Source of the DNA: an uncultured Actinomycetota bacterium
GTDB taxonomy: Bacteria; Actinomycetota; Aquicultoria; CAYFWW01
Length of the DNA stretch: 64,000 nt
Direction: 5' to 3'
Assembly (NCBI GenBank): GCA_964346985.1
Contig: CAYFWW010000048.1
Span: 291-64,290, forward strand
Position 1 is the stretch's first letter, and every line of letters starts with the position of its first letter. A program made the position numbers and the translations under genes. The notes under the pieces are model-generated. The model did no database searches, was not told the DNA's origin, and saw nothing but the letters and a program-made list of their open reading frames with translations. Positions 10,721-23,169 of this stretch are shown piece by piece.

Positions 10721-12021
10721 TAAATGTCAATTCCTTTTAATCTATTGAATATTACCTCAGTATGGCGCAGAAAGTACTTATAATCGTTAAGTTCCCTTAG
10801 TTCTTTGGGATTTAAATATTTTGAGACTTCATTATCACTTTCAAGAACTTCAAAAAAACTCTTTCCGCTCTCGATAGCTTCCATGGCATTCTTTTGAACT
10901 AGTCGATAAGCTTCCTCTCTAAGCAACCCTTTCTCAACTAAAGCGAGAAGGACTCTCTGAGAATTTACCAATCCCTTGGTTTTATCCAGATTTTCCAGCA
11001 TCCTTTCAGGATAAACAACCAATCCATTAATAATATAGTTAAATTTTTGTAAAATATAATCTAAAAGAATTGTGCTATCAGGGATTATAACTCTCTCTAC
11101 AGACGAGTGAGTGATGTCTCTTTCATGCCAAAGAGCAACATTATCAAGTGCAGCCAGAGCATTCGTCTTTATTATCCTGGCCAAGCCAGTAATTCTTTCC
11201 GATAAAATTGGATTTCTTTTATGGGGCATAGCCGACGAACCTTTCTGGCCTTTTTTAAATGGTTCTTCCGCTTCAGCAAGATCAGTTCTTTGTAAACCCC
11301 GAATCTCAACAGCAAACTTTTCCAATGATGAAGCAACTAAGGCAAGCACGGTAAGATATTCAGCGTGGCGATCTCTTTGAAGAACTTGACTTGAAGCTTC
11401 AGCTGGCTTCAAACCTAATTCCTGACAAACTAATTCTTCAATTTTAGGTTCCAGATTAGCATAAGTCCCGACTGCTCCCGATATTTTGCCATAGGAGATT
11501 GTATCTTTAATATTCTTCAACCTGGTTAAGTGCCTCTTTAGTTCAAAGGCCCAGATAGCTAATTTATGCCCTAAAGTTATCGGTTCAGCGTGTATTCCAT
11601 GAGTTCTGCCCGGCATAATTGTATCTTTAAATTCTAAAGCTTTTGATTTAACAGTCTTGAACAATTTCTCAATATCAAGCTGGATTATATTCAGCGCTTC
11701 TACCATTAGAACCGATAGGCTTGTATCAACCAAATCCGAGGAGGTCATGCCAAAATGAATATGCTTTGACTGGGGCCCTACATATTCGGCAACTGAAGTC
11801 AAAAAAGCAATCACATCATGCCTGGTCTCTTTCTCAATTTCTCTGATGCGGTCAGAGTTAAATTCAGCTTTTTCTTCTATTTCCTTAACAACCTCATCCG
11901 TTATCTGTCCAATTTTTGCTCGAGCCCGGCAGACAGCTAATTCTACTTTAAGCCAGATTTCAAACTTGTGCTCATCAGTCCAGACAGCACCCATCTCCGG
12001 GAGGGTATATCTACTAATCAT
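10720..12021 (-). CDS. purB: Adenylosuccinate lyase
   Basis: Fumarate-lyase signature (GSSAMPHKRNP). Confidence 0.9.
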   Translation of the reverse strand: MISRYTLPEMGAVWTDEHKFEIWLKVELAVCRARAKIGQITDEVVKEIEEKAEFNSDRIREIEKETRHDVIAFLTSVAEYVGPQSKHIHFGMTSSDLVDTSLSVLMVEALNIIQLDIEKLFKTVKSKALEFKDTIMPGRTHGIHAEPITLGHKLAIWAFELKRHLTRLKNIKDTISYGKISGAVGTYANLEPKIEELVCQELGLKPAEASSQVLQRDRHAEYLTVLALVASSLEKFAVEIRGLQRTDLAEAEEPFKKGQKGSSAMPHKRNPILSERITGLARIIKTNALAALDNVALWHERDITHSSVERVIIPDSTILLDYILQKFNYIINGLVVYPERMLENLDKTKGLVNSQRVLLALVEKGLLREEAYRLVQKNAMEAIESGKSFFEVLESDNEVSKYLNPKELRELNDYKYFLRHTEVIFNRLKGIDI

Positions 12022-12039
12022 TTGATTTCACTCCAGGTT

Positions 12040-12495
12040 TTATTTTGCTAAATTTTCTTTATAGGTCCGAAACTTTTCCAGCAGCTCCTTACTGCTCCGA
12101 GCCATAATTTGAATAGCAAGCAGTGCAGCATTTTTAGTACCATCTATGGCTACAGTTGCTACCGGGACTCCTCCAGGCATCTGTACAACAGAGAGTAGAG
12201 CATCAAGGCCTCCCAAATCATCACTTTTGATAGGCACCCCAATTACCGGTAGGACAGTATAGGATGCAATTACACCCGGCAAATGAGCTGCCTTTCCAGC
12301 TGCCGCAATAATAACCTCTAAACCTCTTTCTTCAGCTTTTTGGGCATACTCTCTGACCCCAGCAGGATTTCGATGCGCAGATAATATCTCCAATTCATAT
12401 GAAATTTCAAATTTATCGATGATCTTTATCGCATCTTCAATTACAGAATAATCTGATTCGCTTCCGAGCAATATACCAATCTTTGCTTCTGCCAT
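12040..12495 (-). CDS. purE: N5-carboxyaminoimidazole ribonucleotide mutase
   Basis: GSESD...AHR motifs typical of PurE. Confidence 0.9.
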   Translation of the reverse strand: MAEAKIGILLGSESDYSVIEDAIKIIDKFEISYELEILSAHRNPAGVREYAQKAEERGLEVIIAAAGKAAHLPGVIASYTVLPVIGVPIKSDDLGGLDALLSVVQMPGGVPVATVAIDGTKNAALLAIQIMARSSKELLEKFRTYKENLAK

Positions 12496-12505
12496 AAGTT
12501 TCTCC

Positions 12506-13777
12506 TTATAAAACTATTGCCTTATCTCCTATATCCCGGCGATAATATATACCGGAATAATCTATTTTATTTAGAGCGTTGTAGGCCCTATCTTTTGCTT
12601 GATGAAAATCTTTACCCTTTGCACTGGCATTAATTACCCGGCCTCCATTTGTGAGTAATTGCCCATTTCTTAAAGCTGTGCCCGCTTGAAATATCACAGC
12701 CCCTTCAACTTTATTGGCAGCTTTTATTCCCTTAATTGGAAATCCTATCTGATATCTAGCAGGGTACCCTTGAGAAGAAGCTACAACAGTAAGGCATTTC
12801 TCTGGGCTCCACTTTAGTTTATAGTCGGCAAGTTTTCCCTCAATAGTTGCCTTCATTATTTCAATTAAATCCGACTCAAGCCTCGGCAATAATGCTTGAG
12901 TCTCCGGGTCGCCAAAACGTACATTAAATTCGAGAACCTTTGGCCCATTGTCAGTAAGAATTAATCCTCCATATATAACACCCCTATAACCAATCTCCCT
13001 ATTTTGTAACTCCTTCATCAATGGTTTAAAAACATCGTTAATTATCTGATTAAACAGTTCTTTTGATACAAAGGGAACGGGTGAATATGCCCCCATTCCT
13101 CCTGTGTTTGGGCCTTTATCATTATCGTATATAGCTTTATGGTCCTGGGCTGGCTCCATTGGAAGAAACTCTTTCCCGTCAGTAAATACAAGAACTGATA
13201 TCTCTTGTCCTGCTAAAAATTCTTCTATCAGCACTTTTTGTCCGGCAACACCAAATTTTTGTTTTAGAAAACATTCTTCCAGCGCGTTTTGTGCTTCATT
13301 AATTGATTTGGCAACTGTCACTCCTTTACCTGCCGCCAAACCATCAGCCTTTACCACAATAGGTGCATCCAAGCCAGATAGATAGGAAGAAGCTTTTTCA
13401 AAGTCGGTAAAGACTTCAGCTTTTCCGGTTGGAACACCGGCTTCTAACATAATCTTTTTAGCAAAACTTTTACTGCCTTCAAGCTGAGCAGCTTTCTGGC
13501 CTGGGCCAAAGACTTTTAATCCTTCCTGTTCAAAAAGATTACCCAATCCTCCGACCAAGGGAGCTTCAGGTCCAATTACTGTTAAGTCAATTTGGTTTTT
13601 TTTAGCAAATTTTAGTAGACCATTATAATCGCTTGAGTTAATATCAATATTCTGTGCAATTTCGGCTGTTCCACCATTACCGGGCGCACAATATAGATTT
13701 TCAATTAAAGGAGAGTCAGATATCTTCCAAGCTAATGAATGTTCCCTGCCACCTTCACCAACAATAAGGATATTCAT
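12506..13777 (-). CDS. purD: Phosphoribosylamine--glycine ligase
   Basis: ATP-grasp GARS family; NILIVGEGGREH N-terminus. Confidence 0.9.
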   Translation of the reverse strand: MNILIVGEGGREHSLAWKISDSPLIENLYCAPGNGGTAEIAQNIDINSSDYNGLLKFAKKNQIDLTVIGPEAPLVGGLGNLFEQEGLKVFGPGQKAAQLEGSKSFAKKIMLEAGVPTGKAEVFTDFEKASSYLSGLDAPIVVKADGLAAGKGVTVAKSINEAQNALEECFLKQKFGVAGQKVLIEEFLAGQEISVLVFTDGKEFLPMEPAQDHKAIYDNDKGPNTGGMGAYSPVPFVSKELFNQIINDVFKPLMKELQNREIGYRGVIYGGLILTDNGPKVLEFNVRFGDPETQALLPRLESDLIEIMKATIEGKLADYKLKWSPEKCLTVVASSQGYPARYQIGFPIKGIKAANKVEGAVIFQAGTALRNGQLLTNGGRVINASAKGKDFHQAKDRAYNALNKIDYSGIYYRRDIGDKAIVL

Positions 13778-13798
13778 CTCTTTCTCTCCTGGATTAAA

Positions 13799-15064
13799 TT
13801 ATAATTCATTGATATTTCCCTGAAATAAAGCGCTAACTTCTTTATCAGTGTATCCATACTCTTGACCATCAGCTTGAATAAGTTTAAGGCCAACCTTATT
13901 TCCGTCATTATTATTGGATTCTATGATATTTCTATTTTTAATTCCCACTGAATAAAGAAAACCTTCCTCTCTTGTATATAGTAGTATAAAATCACCATCA
14001 TGAAGAGATGAAATTCCAGCAAAAGGAGCCTTGCCCAGTCTTTGATACCCATAGATTATAGTTACTCCCTGTCCCGGTTTTGCGCTTTTAGTAAAATAAG
14101 CCGGCCCCTCTTGCAAATTTTCAGGAGAAACACCTTCCAGCACAGGTGAATTTAAGTTCAACCTGGGAATAACCAACCAGGCAAATGCTCCTATTTTTGA
14201 GATTTTTTCTTCAAATGACAAAGGCAGACTGGAATTAACAGAAAGCGGGAGTCCTATTCTTATATCACGAACAACTTTACCATCGGAATTTTTATCGTTT
14301 GTTTCTTTTAGAAGTTTGGAATAAGTCCACTGATTAACAAAGACCAATATAAGAGCAATCAGCAATAAAGCAATAATAATCAGGATATATTGAGGGCGAA
14401 GAAAACGATTCATCATTTTTCTAAACTTAAACCACCTGGCAACTTTCTCTTCAAGTATTAGATTTTCATCTGTTGAAACTGATAGAGGTGTTGAGGAATC
14501 TTCTTCTACTCCATTTTTCGAAATAGGCATAGAATTTTGCTCATTTTGAATCCCAGACTCAATCATCTTTTTTATTTTAATAAATTCTTTTATTCCAGAT
14601 ATTTGTATTTTTTCTAAGATGTTTACTGTTATCGGGTCAATTTTTGAGCGAGTATGTAAAGCTGGCCGGTTCAGTTTTGATAACAGTTTCAATATATTTT
14701 TCGGTTTAGTATGCAGTCTTCTGGCCAACTCTTCTACTTTGATTGGTTTCTGTGGAGCAGTAATAATTTTAATAGTCTGGCTATCTAATTTGTTATACTT
14801 TCCTAAGGGGTCAGCCTTAAGTAATCTTAAACTCTCTTGAATAAATTCCGGGGTTAAATTAAGTATTTGAGCAAGTTTTTCAACAGATAGTTGTCCGCCT
14901 TTATGCTGGTAAAACTCAGAACGGAGTGGGTTTATTTTTTCTTCAGGAATGACGCTTAGGTGATTTTCTGCAATAATTCCATATTCATAAAGTCTTTCTA
15001 TTAATTCATCATTTTCAAGGCCTAATTCTTTGGCATATTCATAGATTCTCTTTCCGGTCATCAA
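13799..15064 (-). CDS. Membrane protein: cytoplasmic IF2_N-like helical repeats, one TM helix, C-terminal class-E-sortase-like domain lacking the catalytic His/Cys/Arg
   Basis: N-terminal RIYEYAKELGL...ERLYEYGI (IF2_N-like), repeated twice more. TM helix ILIIIALLLIALILVFV. C-terminal region aligns to SrtE (IPRLNLNSPVLEGVS...GP.Y....PGQG...GY...APF..L..GD.I...T..G.LYSV), but GHR is GYQ and TLxTC is LKLIQA. Confidence 0.5.
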   Translation of the reverse strand: MMTGKRIYEYAKELGLENDELIERLYEYGIIAENHLSVIPEEKINPLRSEFYQHKGGQLSVEKLAQILNLTPEFIQESLRLLKADPLGKYNKLDSQTIKIITAPQKPIKVEELARRLHTKPKNILKLLSKLNRPALHTRSKIDPITVNILEKIQISGIKEFIKIKKMIESGIQNEQNSMPISKNGVEEDSSTPLSVSTDENLILEEKVARWFKFRKMMNRFLRPQYILIIIALLLIALILVFVNQWTYSKLLKETNDKNSDGKVVRDIRIGLPLSVNSSLPLSFEEKISKIGAFAWLVIPRLNLNSPVLEGVSPENLQEGPAYFTKSAKPGQGVTIIYGYQRLGKAPFAGISSLHDGDFILLYTREEGFLYSVGIKNRNIIESNNNDGNKVGLKLIQADGQEYGYTDKEVSALFQGNINEL

Positions 15065-15196
15065 TACCCTCAGTACAGATTATCAGTACGCAAATACTCC
15101 AAAAGTAATATAACATAAAACAATTAATCGAGGGTCTATTTCTTGGAAATTGTTTAAACTTTATACCTTAAATCTAATCCATGTTAAGCATAGCTT

Positions 15197-17867
<2,671 letters not shown>

Positions 17868-17898
17868 ATGGCTTACCCAAATATAATATATCGGTAAA

Positions 17899-17934
17899 CA
17901 AAAAAATAACTCAAACAGAAACTTCCGTTTGAGA
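17899..17934 (-). terminator. Putative Rho-independent terminator downstream of dnaB
   Basis: On the minus strand, hairpin CTCAAAC-N10-GTTTGAG followed by UUAUUUUUUU. The stem is short and AT-rich, so moderate confidence. Confidence 0.45.
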
Positions 17935-18094
17935 ATTGGTCTACCAAGCTATTTATTATACTAGTTTAAACATTTAAAGCAAGTTATTATAAAAACCGCC
18001 TATCAGTTTTTAACTGCCTGAAACGTTCATAAAAAATTTACTAAAATTTGGTTCGAAAATTGATATAAAGCAATTTAGTGAAAAGATTTATTAA

Positions 18095-19465
18095 TTAAAT
18101 GTTTTTTTGAAGATTGGCAAACTTAGTATAATGCTCCAAAAAGGCAAGCCTGAAATCTCCAGTAGGTCCGTTGCGATGTTTACCGATAATTATCTCAGCA
18201 ATTCCCTTATCTTCAGTGTCACTGTGATAATATTCATCTCTATAGATAAAAATTACTACGTCAGCATCTTGTTCAATAGCCCCAGATTCTCGCAGGTCGC
18301 TTAGATATGGCCTCTTGTTCGGTCGGCTTTCAACTGCCCTGGATAGCTGGGATACAGCAAGAATAGGACAGTTCAGCTCTCTAGCTAAAATCTTGAGCGA
18401 ACGAGAGATATCTGAAATTTCCTGCTGGCGGTTTTCGTTTCTGTTAACTCCCTCCATTAATTGAAGATAGTCTACTATGATCAGATTTAAGTCTTCTTTT
18501 GCTTTTAAACGTCTGGCTTTTGCTCTTAACTCCATCACATTAATGCTTGGTGTTTCATCTATAAAAATTGGGGCTTCGGCAAGTCGGCCCATAGCTTTAG
18601 AGATTTTTGACCAATCTTCCTCCCGTAGTTTTCCTGTTCGAAGATTTCTTGCATCAATCCGTGCTTCTGAGCAAATCATTCTTTGAGCTACTTCTAGAGC
18701 AGACATCTCCAAACTAAATATAGCCACTGATTTTTTTTCTCTTAGACCAACATTTTGAGCTATGCCCAAAGCCAGTGAGGTCTTTCCCATACTTGGCCTG
18801 GCAGCAATAACAATCATGTTGGAGGGATGAAAACCAGAAGTTATATCATCTAATTCAATATAACCAGTGGATATGCCAGTTATTGGTGATTTTTTTTCAT
18901 GAAGATGAGCAATTTTTTCAAAAGTCGGTGAAAGCAATTCCTTTAACAGTACAAATCTTTCAGATATTCTCTTATTTGTTACTTTAAAAATAATATCTTC
19001 TGCTCTATCAGCGACATTAGTTGGGTCATCGGCTGGTTCGTAACCAAGCTGAACAATCTCTGTACCAGCAACGATTAAACTTCTCAAAATTGATTTCTGC
19101 TCAACAATCTCAGCATAATACTTTGCATTTGCTGCAGTAGGAACTATCGAAATTAAGGTATGAATATAAGTTTTTCCACCTACCTTATCCAATATTCCTT
19201 TATTATCAAGATAATCAGCAGTCTTTACCGGATCGATTGGTAATCCTTTGAGATACATTTCTTTTATGTTTTGATAGATAATCTGGTGGGCTTCACGATA
19301 AAAATCAAATGTATCAATTTTATCTATTATGTCAGCTGAGATCTCTTGTGAAATTAAAATTGAACCAATAAGAGACTGCTCAGCCTCCTCGCTATACGGA
19401 GGTAAACGATCATATATACTTTCATCCTTCTTGTTATTTTTCTTTGGAAAATCAGGTATCTGCAA
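18095..19465 (-). CDS. dnaB: Replicative DNA helicase
   Basis: DnaB N-terminal domain plus RecA-like domain with Walker A (ARPSMGKTS). Confidence 0.9.
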   Translation of the reverse strand: MQIPDFPKKNNKKDESIYDRLPPYSEEAEQSLIGSILISQEISADIIDKIDTFDFYREAHQIIYQNIKEMYLKGLPIDPVKTADYLDNKGILDKVGGKTYIHTLISIVPTAANAKYYAEIVEQKSILRSLIVAGTEIVQLGYEPADDPTNVADRAEDIIFKVTNKRISERFVLLKELLSPTFEKIAHLHEKKSPITGISTGYIELDDITSGFHPSNMIVIAARPSMGKTSLALGIAQNVGLREKKSVAIFSLEMSALEVAQRMICSEARIDARNLRTGKLREEDWSKISKAMGRLAEAPIFIDETPSINVMELRAKARRLKAKEDLNLIIVDYLQLMEGVNRNENRQQEISDISRSLKILARELNCPILAVSQLSRAVESRPNKRPYLSDLRESGAIEQDADVVIFIYRDEYYHSDTEDKGIAEIIIGKHRNGPTGDFRLAFLEHYTKFANLQKNI

Positions 19466-19473
19466 TTACTATA

Positions 19474-19935
19474 CTACTCCTTATCTTCTAAGCTTTTTTC
19501 AACAATCAGCTGTAATGAAATTTCAACATCAGGGTGTAACCTAATATCAAATTGGTATTCACCAAGTTTTTTTATATGATCATGTAAAACAATCTTTCTT
19601 TTATCAATTTCAAGCCCAAATTGTTCTAATAGAGCTTCGGCAACATTATTTGTCGTCACTGAACCAAAAAGTTGGTCCTCTTCTCCTGCTCTTGCTTTAA
19701 CAGTGATTGACTTAGTTTTAAATTTCTTGGCAAGTTCTTCAGCTTCTGCCTTATGTTTAGCTTCTTTCTTTTCCATAGTTTGTCTTTGTAATTCAAGCTG
19801 TTTTAGATTTCCTTCAGTAGCCTCAATGGCTAGTTCTTTTGGGATTAAATAATTAGCGGCATATCCTCTTGCTACTTCAACAATATCTCCAATTTTGCCA
19901 AGGGATACAACATCCTCAAGTAAGATTACTTTCAT
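19474..19935 (-). CDS. rplI: 50S ribosomal protein L9
   Basis: MKVILLEDV...GDIVEVA N-terminus; 153 aa. Confidence 0.9.
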   Translation of the reverse strand: MKVILLEDVVSLGKIGDIVEVARGYAANYLIPKELAIEATEGNLKQLELQRQTMEKKEAKHKAEAEELAKKFKTKSITVKARAGEEDQLFGSVTTNNVAEALLEQFGLEIDKRKIVLHDHIKKLGEYQFDIRLHPDVEISLQLIVEKSLEDKE

Positions 19936-20039
19936 AAAACTCCAATAAACTCATTATCTCAGAAGAAATTACACTCCCTTAAACTTATTTTTTATAATAG
20001 CATAGACGTAAGGTTTTTTGTTATGAAAAAGCCTTAATT

Positions 20040-20987
20040 CTAAAGTTTTTTACTTAGTTTTCTCCAGTCAAACCAAGTATCAAAGATTCCGATAAGAATT
20101 ATTACAAACAATATAAAAGGAAAAAATAGCATAAACAAAAATAAAAAGAATTTAACCACTGCCCCGAATTTTAATTTTTCAATAAAGAACCAAATAATTG
20201 ATAGCCCTAAGACTATATAGAAGGGAATTGAGAAGAGTAATAGATTTAACCCAATGATATTGGCGTAATTCTCATAAACTCCAAAACTCGATTTAAATAA
20301 AAAAAGAGCGAACCCAATTATGAAAACATAGACAAGAGGCCAGGGAAGATACCAAGAAGAAAACTTAGGTAAAAGTAACGGTTCATCTTTATTCTTAATC
20401 TTCCATAACCAAGCTCCGATCAAAAGAGCAAAAAACGAATTCAAGAAAGCATTTAAAGTTAAGGCAGCCGGCATCAAAGAAATAATAAGAGGGATTGATT
20501 TTTTAATATTTGAAATAAGTTCATCTATCTCGCTTTGTTCAAGTCCCAACTGTTGATAAATATCGGCCTGTTCCCTCAGGGCATCTTCTAAAATTTGCTG
20601 TTGTTCTTTAATATATTCCTTTTTTGAAGTAAGGTAATCATACCCTCCAATAAAAAAGAGAAAACAAGTAACTATAAGAAAACCAACAATAAGAGAGGGT
20701 AATATATGATTACGATTTACCAGAAAACTCATTACCATGCCCATTATTAGAAAGTAAAATACAGAAAGAAATAAGGCATTCAAGCCCAAAATTACTGAAA
20801 TAAAGATAGCAAGAAGTGCTGCCAGAAATGTTTCAGATAGACTTTTCTTTCTAGCTAATAAAATTAAAGGCCCGTTAGCTGCACCTAAAAAAGCTATCCC
20901 GAAAGGAAAAACTAATAAAAAAATAAAAATGGCACCAGCAAGGGCACCATAAATTAGCACTTCCTTAATATCAATCCTGAGTCTCAT
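20040..20987 (-). CDS. DUF2232/YybS-like polytopic membrane protein
   Basis: Multi-TM protein in the conserved position between rpsR and rplI (the yybS position in Firmicutes). Confidence 0.55.
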   Translation of the reverse strand: MRLRIDIKEVLIYGALAGAIFIFLLVFPFGIAFLGAANGPLILLARKKSLSETFLAALLAIFISVILGLNALFLSVFYFLIMGMVMSFLVNRNHILPSLIVGFLIVTCFLFFIGGYDYLTSKKEYIKEQQQILEDALREQADIYQQLGLEQSEIDELISNIKKSIPLIISLMPAALTLNAFLNSFFALLIGAWLWKIKNKDEPLLLPKFSSWYLPWPLVYVFIIGFALFLFKSSFGVYENYANIIGLNLLLFSIPFYIVLGLSIIWFFIEKLKFGAVVKFFLFLFMLFFPFILFVIILIGIFDTWFDWRKLSKKL

Positions 20988-20992
20988 CAGGT

Positions 20993-21220
20993 CTAATTAT
21001 TTAAATATGGAATTAAAGCCATCTCCCGGGCTCTTTTTATCGATACAACAATGTCTCGTTGGTGCTGGGTACAGGTTCCGGTAACCCTTCGAGGCTTAAT
21101 CTTTCCTCTGTCTGAAATATATCTCTTTAATGTATTGATATCTTTATAATCAATATAATCAATCTTATCTTTACAAAAATAACAATATCTCTTTCTTATA
21201 CTCCCTTGATACTTATTAAT
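20993..21220 (-). CDS. rpsR: 30S ribosomal protein S18 (missing from ORF track; non-AUG start likely)
   Basis: Minus-strand translation ...[67 protein letters not shown] is a clear S18. There is no ATG/GTG/TTG in frame near the 5' end. A candidate ATT start at 21218-21220 lies 8 nt after AAGGAGG, directly after the ssb stop. Confidence 0.75.
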   Translation of the reverse strand: MNKYQGSIRKRYCYFCKDKIDYIDYKDINTLKRYISDRGKIKPRRVTGTCTQHQRDIVVSIKRAREMALIPYLNN

Positions 21221-21235
21221 CTTTAAAACCTCCTT

Positions 21236-21643
21236 TTAAAATGGTATATCTTCATCGCTGACATCAGATTCTTCTTCTTTTGCTTCTGAAGGCTCTTCGG
21301 TATCCTCAAAAGATTCCTGGCGTCGTCCTAAAAACTGAACATTTTCTGCAACTATCTCGACTGTATTTCTTTTCTGTCCTTCTTGAGTCTCCCAAGTTCT
21401 ACTCTGTAATCGACCTTCCACTGCCACTGGTGAACCTTTCTTAATATATTCAACGCAAAGTTCAGCAAGTTTTCGCCAGGCAACAATCCTGAAGAAGTCG
21501 GTTTGCTGCTGCCCTTCAGAGTTTTTCCATGGCCGGTTTACAGCAAGCCCAAAAGAAGCTACGGAAACTCCGCTTGGTGTAAACCGAAGTTCAGGGTCTC
21601 TAGTAAGGTTTCCAATTAACACTACACGATTCAAACTTGCCAT
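21236..21643 (-). CDS. ssb: Single-stranded DNA-binding protein
   Basis: OB-fold N-terminus and acidic C-terminal tail DEDIPF. Confidence 0.9.
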   Translation of the reverse strand: MASLNRVVLIGNLTRDPELRFTPSGVSVASFGLAVNRPWKNSEGQQQTDFFRIVAWRKLAELCVEYIKKGSPVAVEGRLQSRTWETQEGQKRNTVEIVAENVQFLGRRQESFEDTEEPSEAKEEESDVSDEDIPF

Positions 21644-21661
21644 AATTAGTCCTCCATAATA

Positions 21662-21955
21662 TTAAGCTGCTTTTGTAATCATAAAACGAATAATATTATC
21701 TCTAATCTTCATGACTCTATTTAATTCTATAATAGTCTCATTTTGACCATTAAAGGTAAGAATAATATAGAAGCCATCCTCAAATTTTTTAATTGGGTAG
21801 GCCAACTTTCTCTTGCCCCAAATATTAATATCCAAGAATTGGCCATTATTTTTCTTGATAAGTTCTTGAATTTCCTTAATAATTTCTTCTCGTGGGTCTT
21901 CTTCAAGAGAGGGGTCAAGGATAATCATTGCTTCATACTTCTTCAAAAAACTCAC
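21662..21955 (-). CDS. rpsF: 30S ribosomal protein S6
   Basis: 97 aa; YEAMIILDPSLEE N-terminus. Confidence 0.9.
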   Translation of the reverse strand: MSFLKKYEAMIILDPSLEEDPREEIIKEIQELIKKNNGQFLDINIWGKRKLAYPIKKFEDGFYIILTFNGQNETIIELNRVMKIRDNIIRFMITKAA

Positions 21956-22018
21956 TCCTTCGGTCTAAACGTCCTCCTTTTAAGAGGCAGGATTAATCAA
22001 GGCTAAATTATAACACAT

Positions 22019-22999
22019 TTAGCAGATGCTGCAATTTCCAAAAGAAGAATTATATGATTCAGAAAAAGTACGAGATGCAAGAATATCTTTTATCATTTTT
22101 CTAATTAAATCTACCAGTAGAACTATTCCGGCAGCCCATATAAAACTTTTCCATCTTTCTTTTACTAGCATTCTGTCAAAGAGGTTTTTTAAATTTATAT
22201 TTCTTTTCCCGTAATTTTTCTCAATTTTGACCACAGAAGCATTTATAATTCTTTGAGGTCTGATTTTATCAACTGTATCTAGCCTAGCAGTTAAAGTAGA
22301 TCCAGCCTTCTTTAGGTCTAACTTTTGACTTTTCTTCTTTTGAAAAGAAGTCTTTTTTTGAAGTAAATTGTTCCCCGAACTCTTATATTCTTCTTGCTTG
22401 ATAACTTCTTCCAAACTTGCTGGCTGTATTTTTGTATTTTCACTCGGCTCCAATGATACCGGCCTGGCTAAAGGATTAGCGAATGTCTTTTGCTTAGAGT
22501 CTAACTGATGCGATTGGTTATCTGTTTCAACAAACTCTGCATAGATCAAAGGATCTAGGTAAGTGTCTTTTTTTTCAATAATTCCAAAGTGAATATAATT
22601 GCCCTTGCCACTATTGAGGTTACCGGCAATTCCGATTATCTGACCTTGCCTGACATCAGTTTCTGGTTTGACTGAAATCTCCTTAAATCCTAGATAAGTA
22701 GTCTTTAAGCCATTTGGGTGAATGATTGAAACTGTATTTTTAAATCTGGAATCGTTACCCCCGGCTGGAGTGAATCCACAAAACATGACACGGCCATCTC
22801 CGGCTGCCCTAACTTCTTTATCTGGTTGACAGGCAATATCTACTCCACGATGAACATTTTTTGTATAAAAACGGATTATTTGCCCAGAAACTGGAAGAAT
22901 AAATGGTTTTATACCTGCTTCGGATAAATCGGGTTTAAAGATTAAAGCAAAGAACAAAAATATGAAAATAACTGGGATTTGTTTGACTGTCCTGGCCAT
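22019..22999 (-). CDS. M23 family metallopeptidase (LytM-like), secreted
   Basis: Signal peptide; HRGVDIA and GNYIHFG M23 motifs. Start set to the second ATG (22997-22999), which follows GGAGGGG. Confidence 0.8.
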   Translation of the reverse strand: MARTVKQIPVIFIFLFFALIFKPDLSEAGIKPFILPVSGQIIRFYTKNVHRGVDIACQPDKEVRAAGDGRVMFCGFTPAGGNDSRFKNTVSIIHPNGLKTTYLGFKEISVKPETDVRQGQIIGIAGNLNSGKGNYIHFGIIEKKDTYLDPLIYAEFVETDNQSHQLDSKQKTFANPLARPVSLEPSENTKIQPASLEEVIKQEEYKSSGNNLLQKKTSFQKKKSQKLDLKKAGSTLTARLDTVDKIRPQRIINASVVKIEKNYGKRNINLKNLFDRMLVKERWKSFIWAAGIVLLVDLIRKMIKDILASRTFSESYNSSFGNCSIC

Positions 23000-23038
23000 G
23001 TGCCCCTCCATTTTAATATTAGGAAATCATCCTTGTTA

Positions 23039-23066
23039 AGTATAGCTTAACTTATTTTCATGTCAA
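23039..23066 (-). promoter_or_regulatory. Sigma70-like promoter (TTGACA-N16-TATACT) upstream of the M23 peptidase gene
   Basis: Read directly on the minus strand. Confidence 0.4.
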
Positions 23067-23169
23067 CATTTTTTAAGAAAATTTTAAGATTTATAATAAT
23101 AAATGGCCATAAAAGAAATATATAAGAATAAAATCAATATTCTTTGGCCATAAATTGATTAACTTTGGC

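Noticed and set aside
23095-23160. Repeated GGCCATAAA motifs downstream of ychF
   Set aside because: Direct, not inverted, repeats; no hairpin or known motif.
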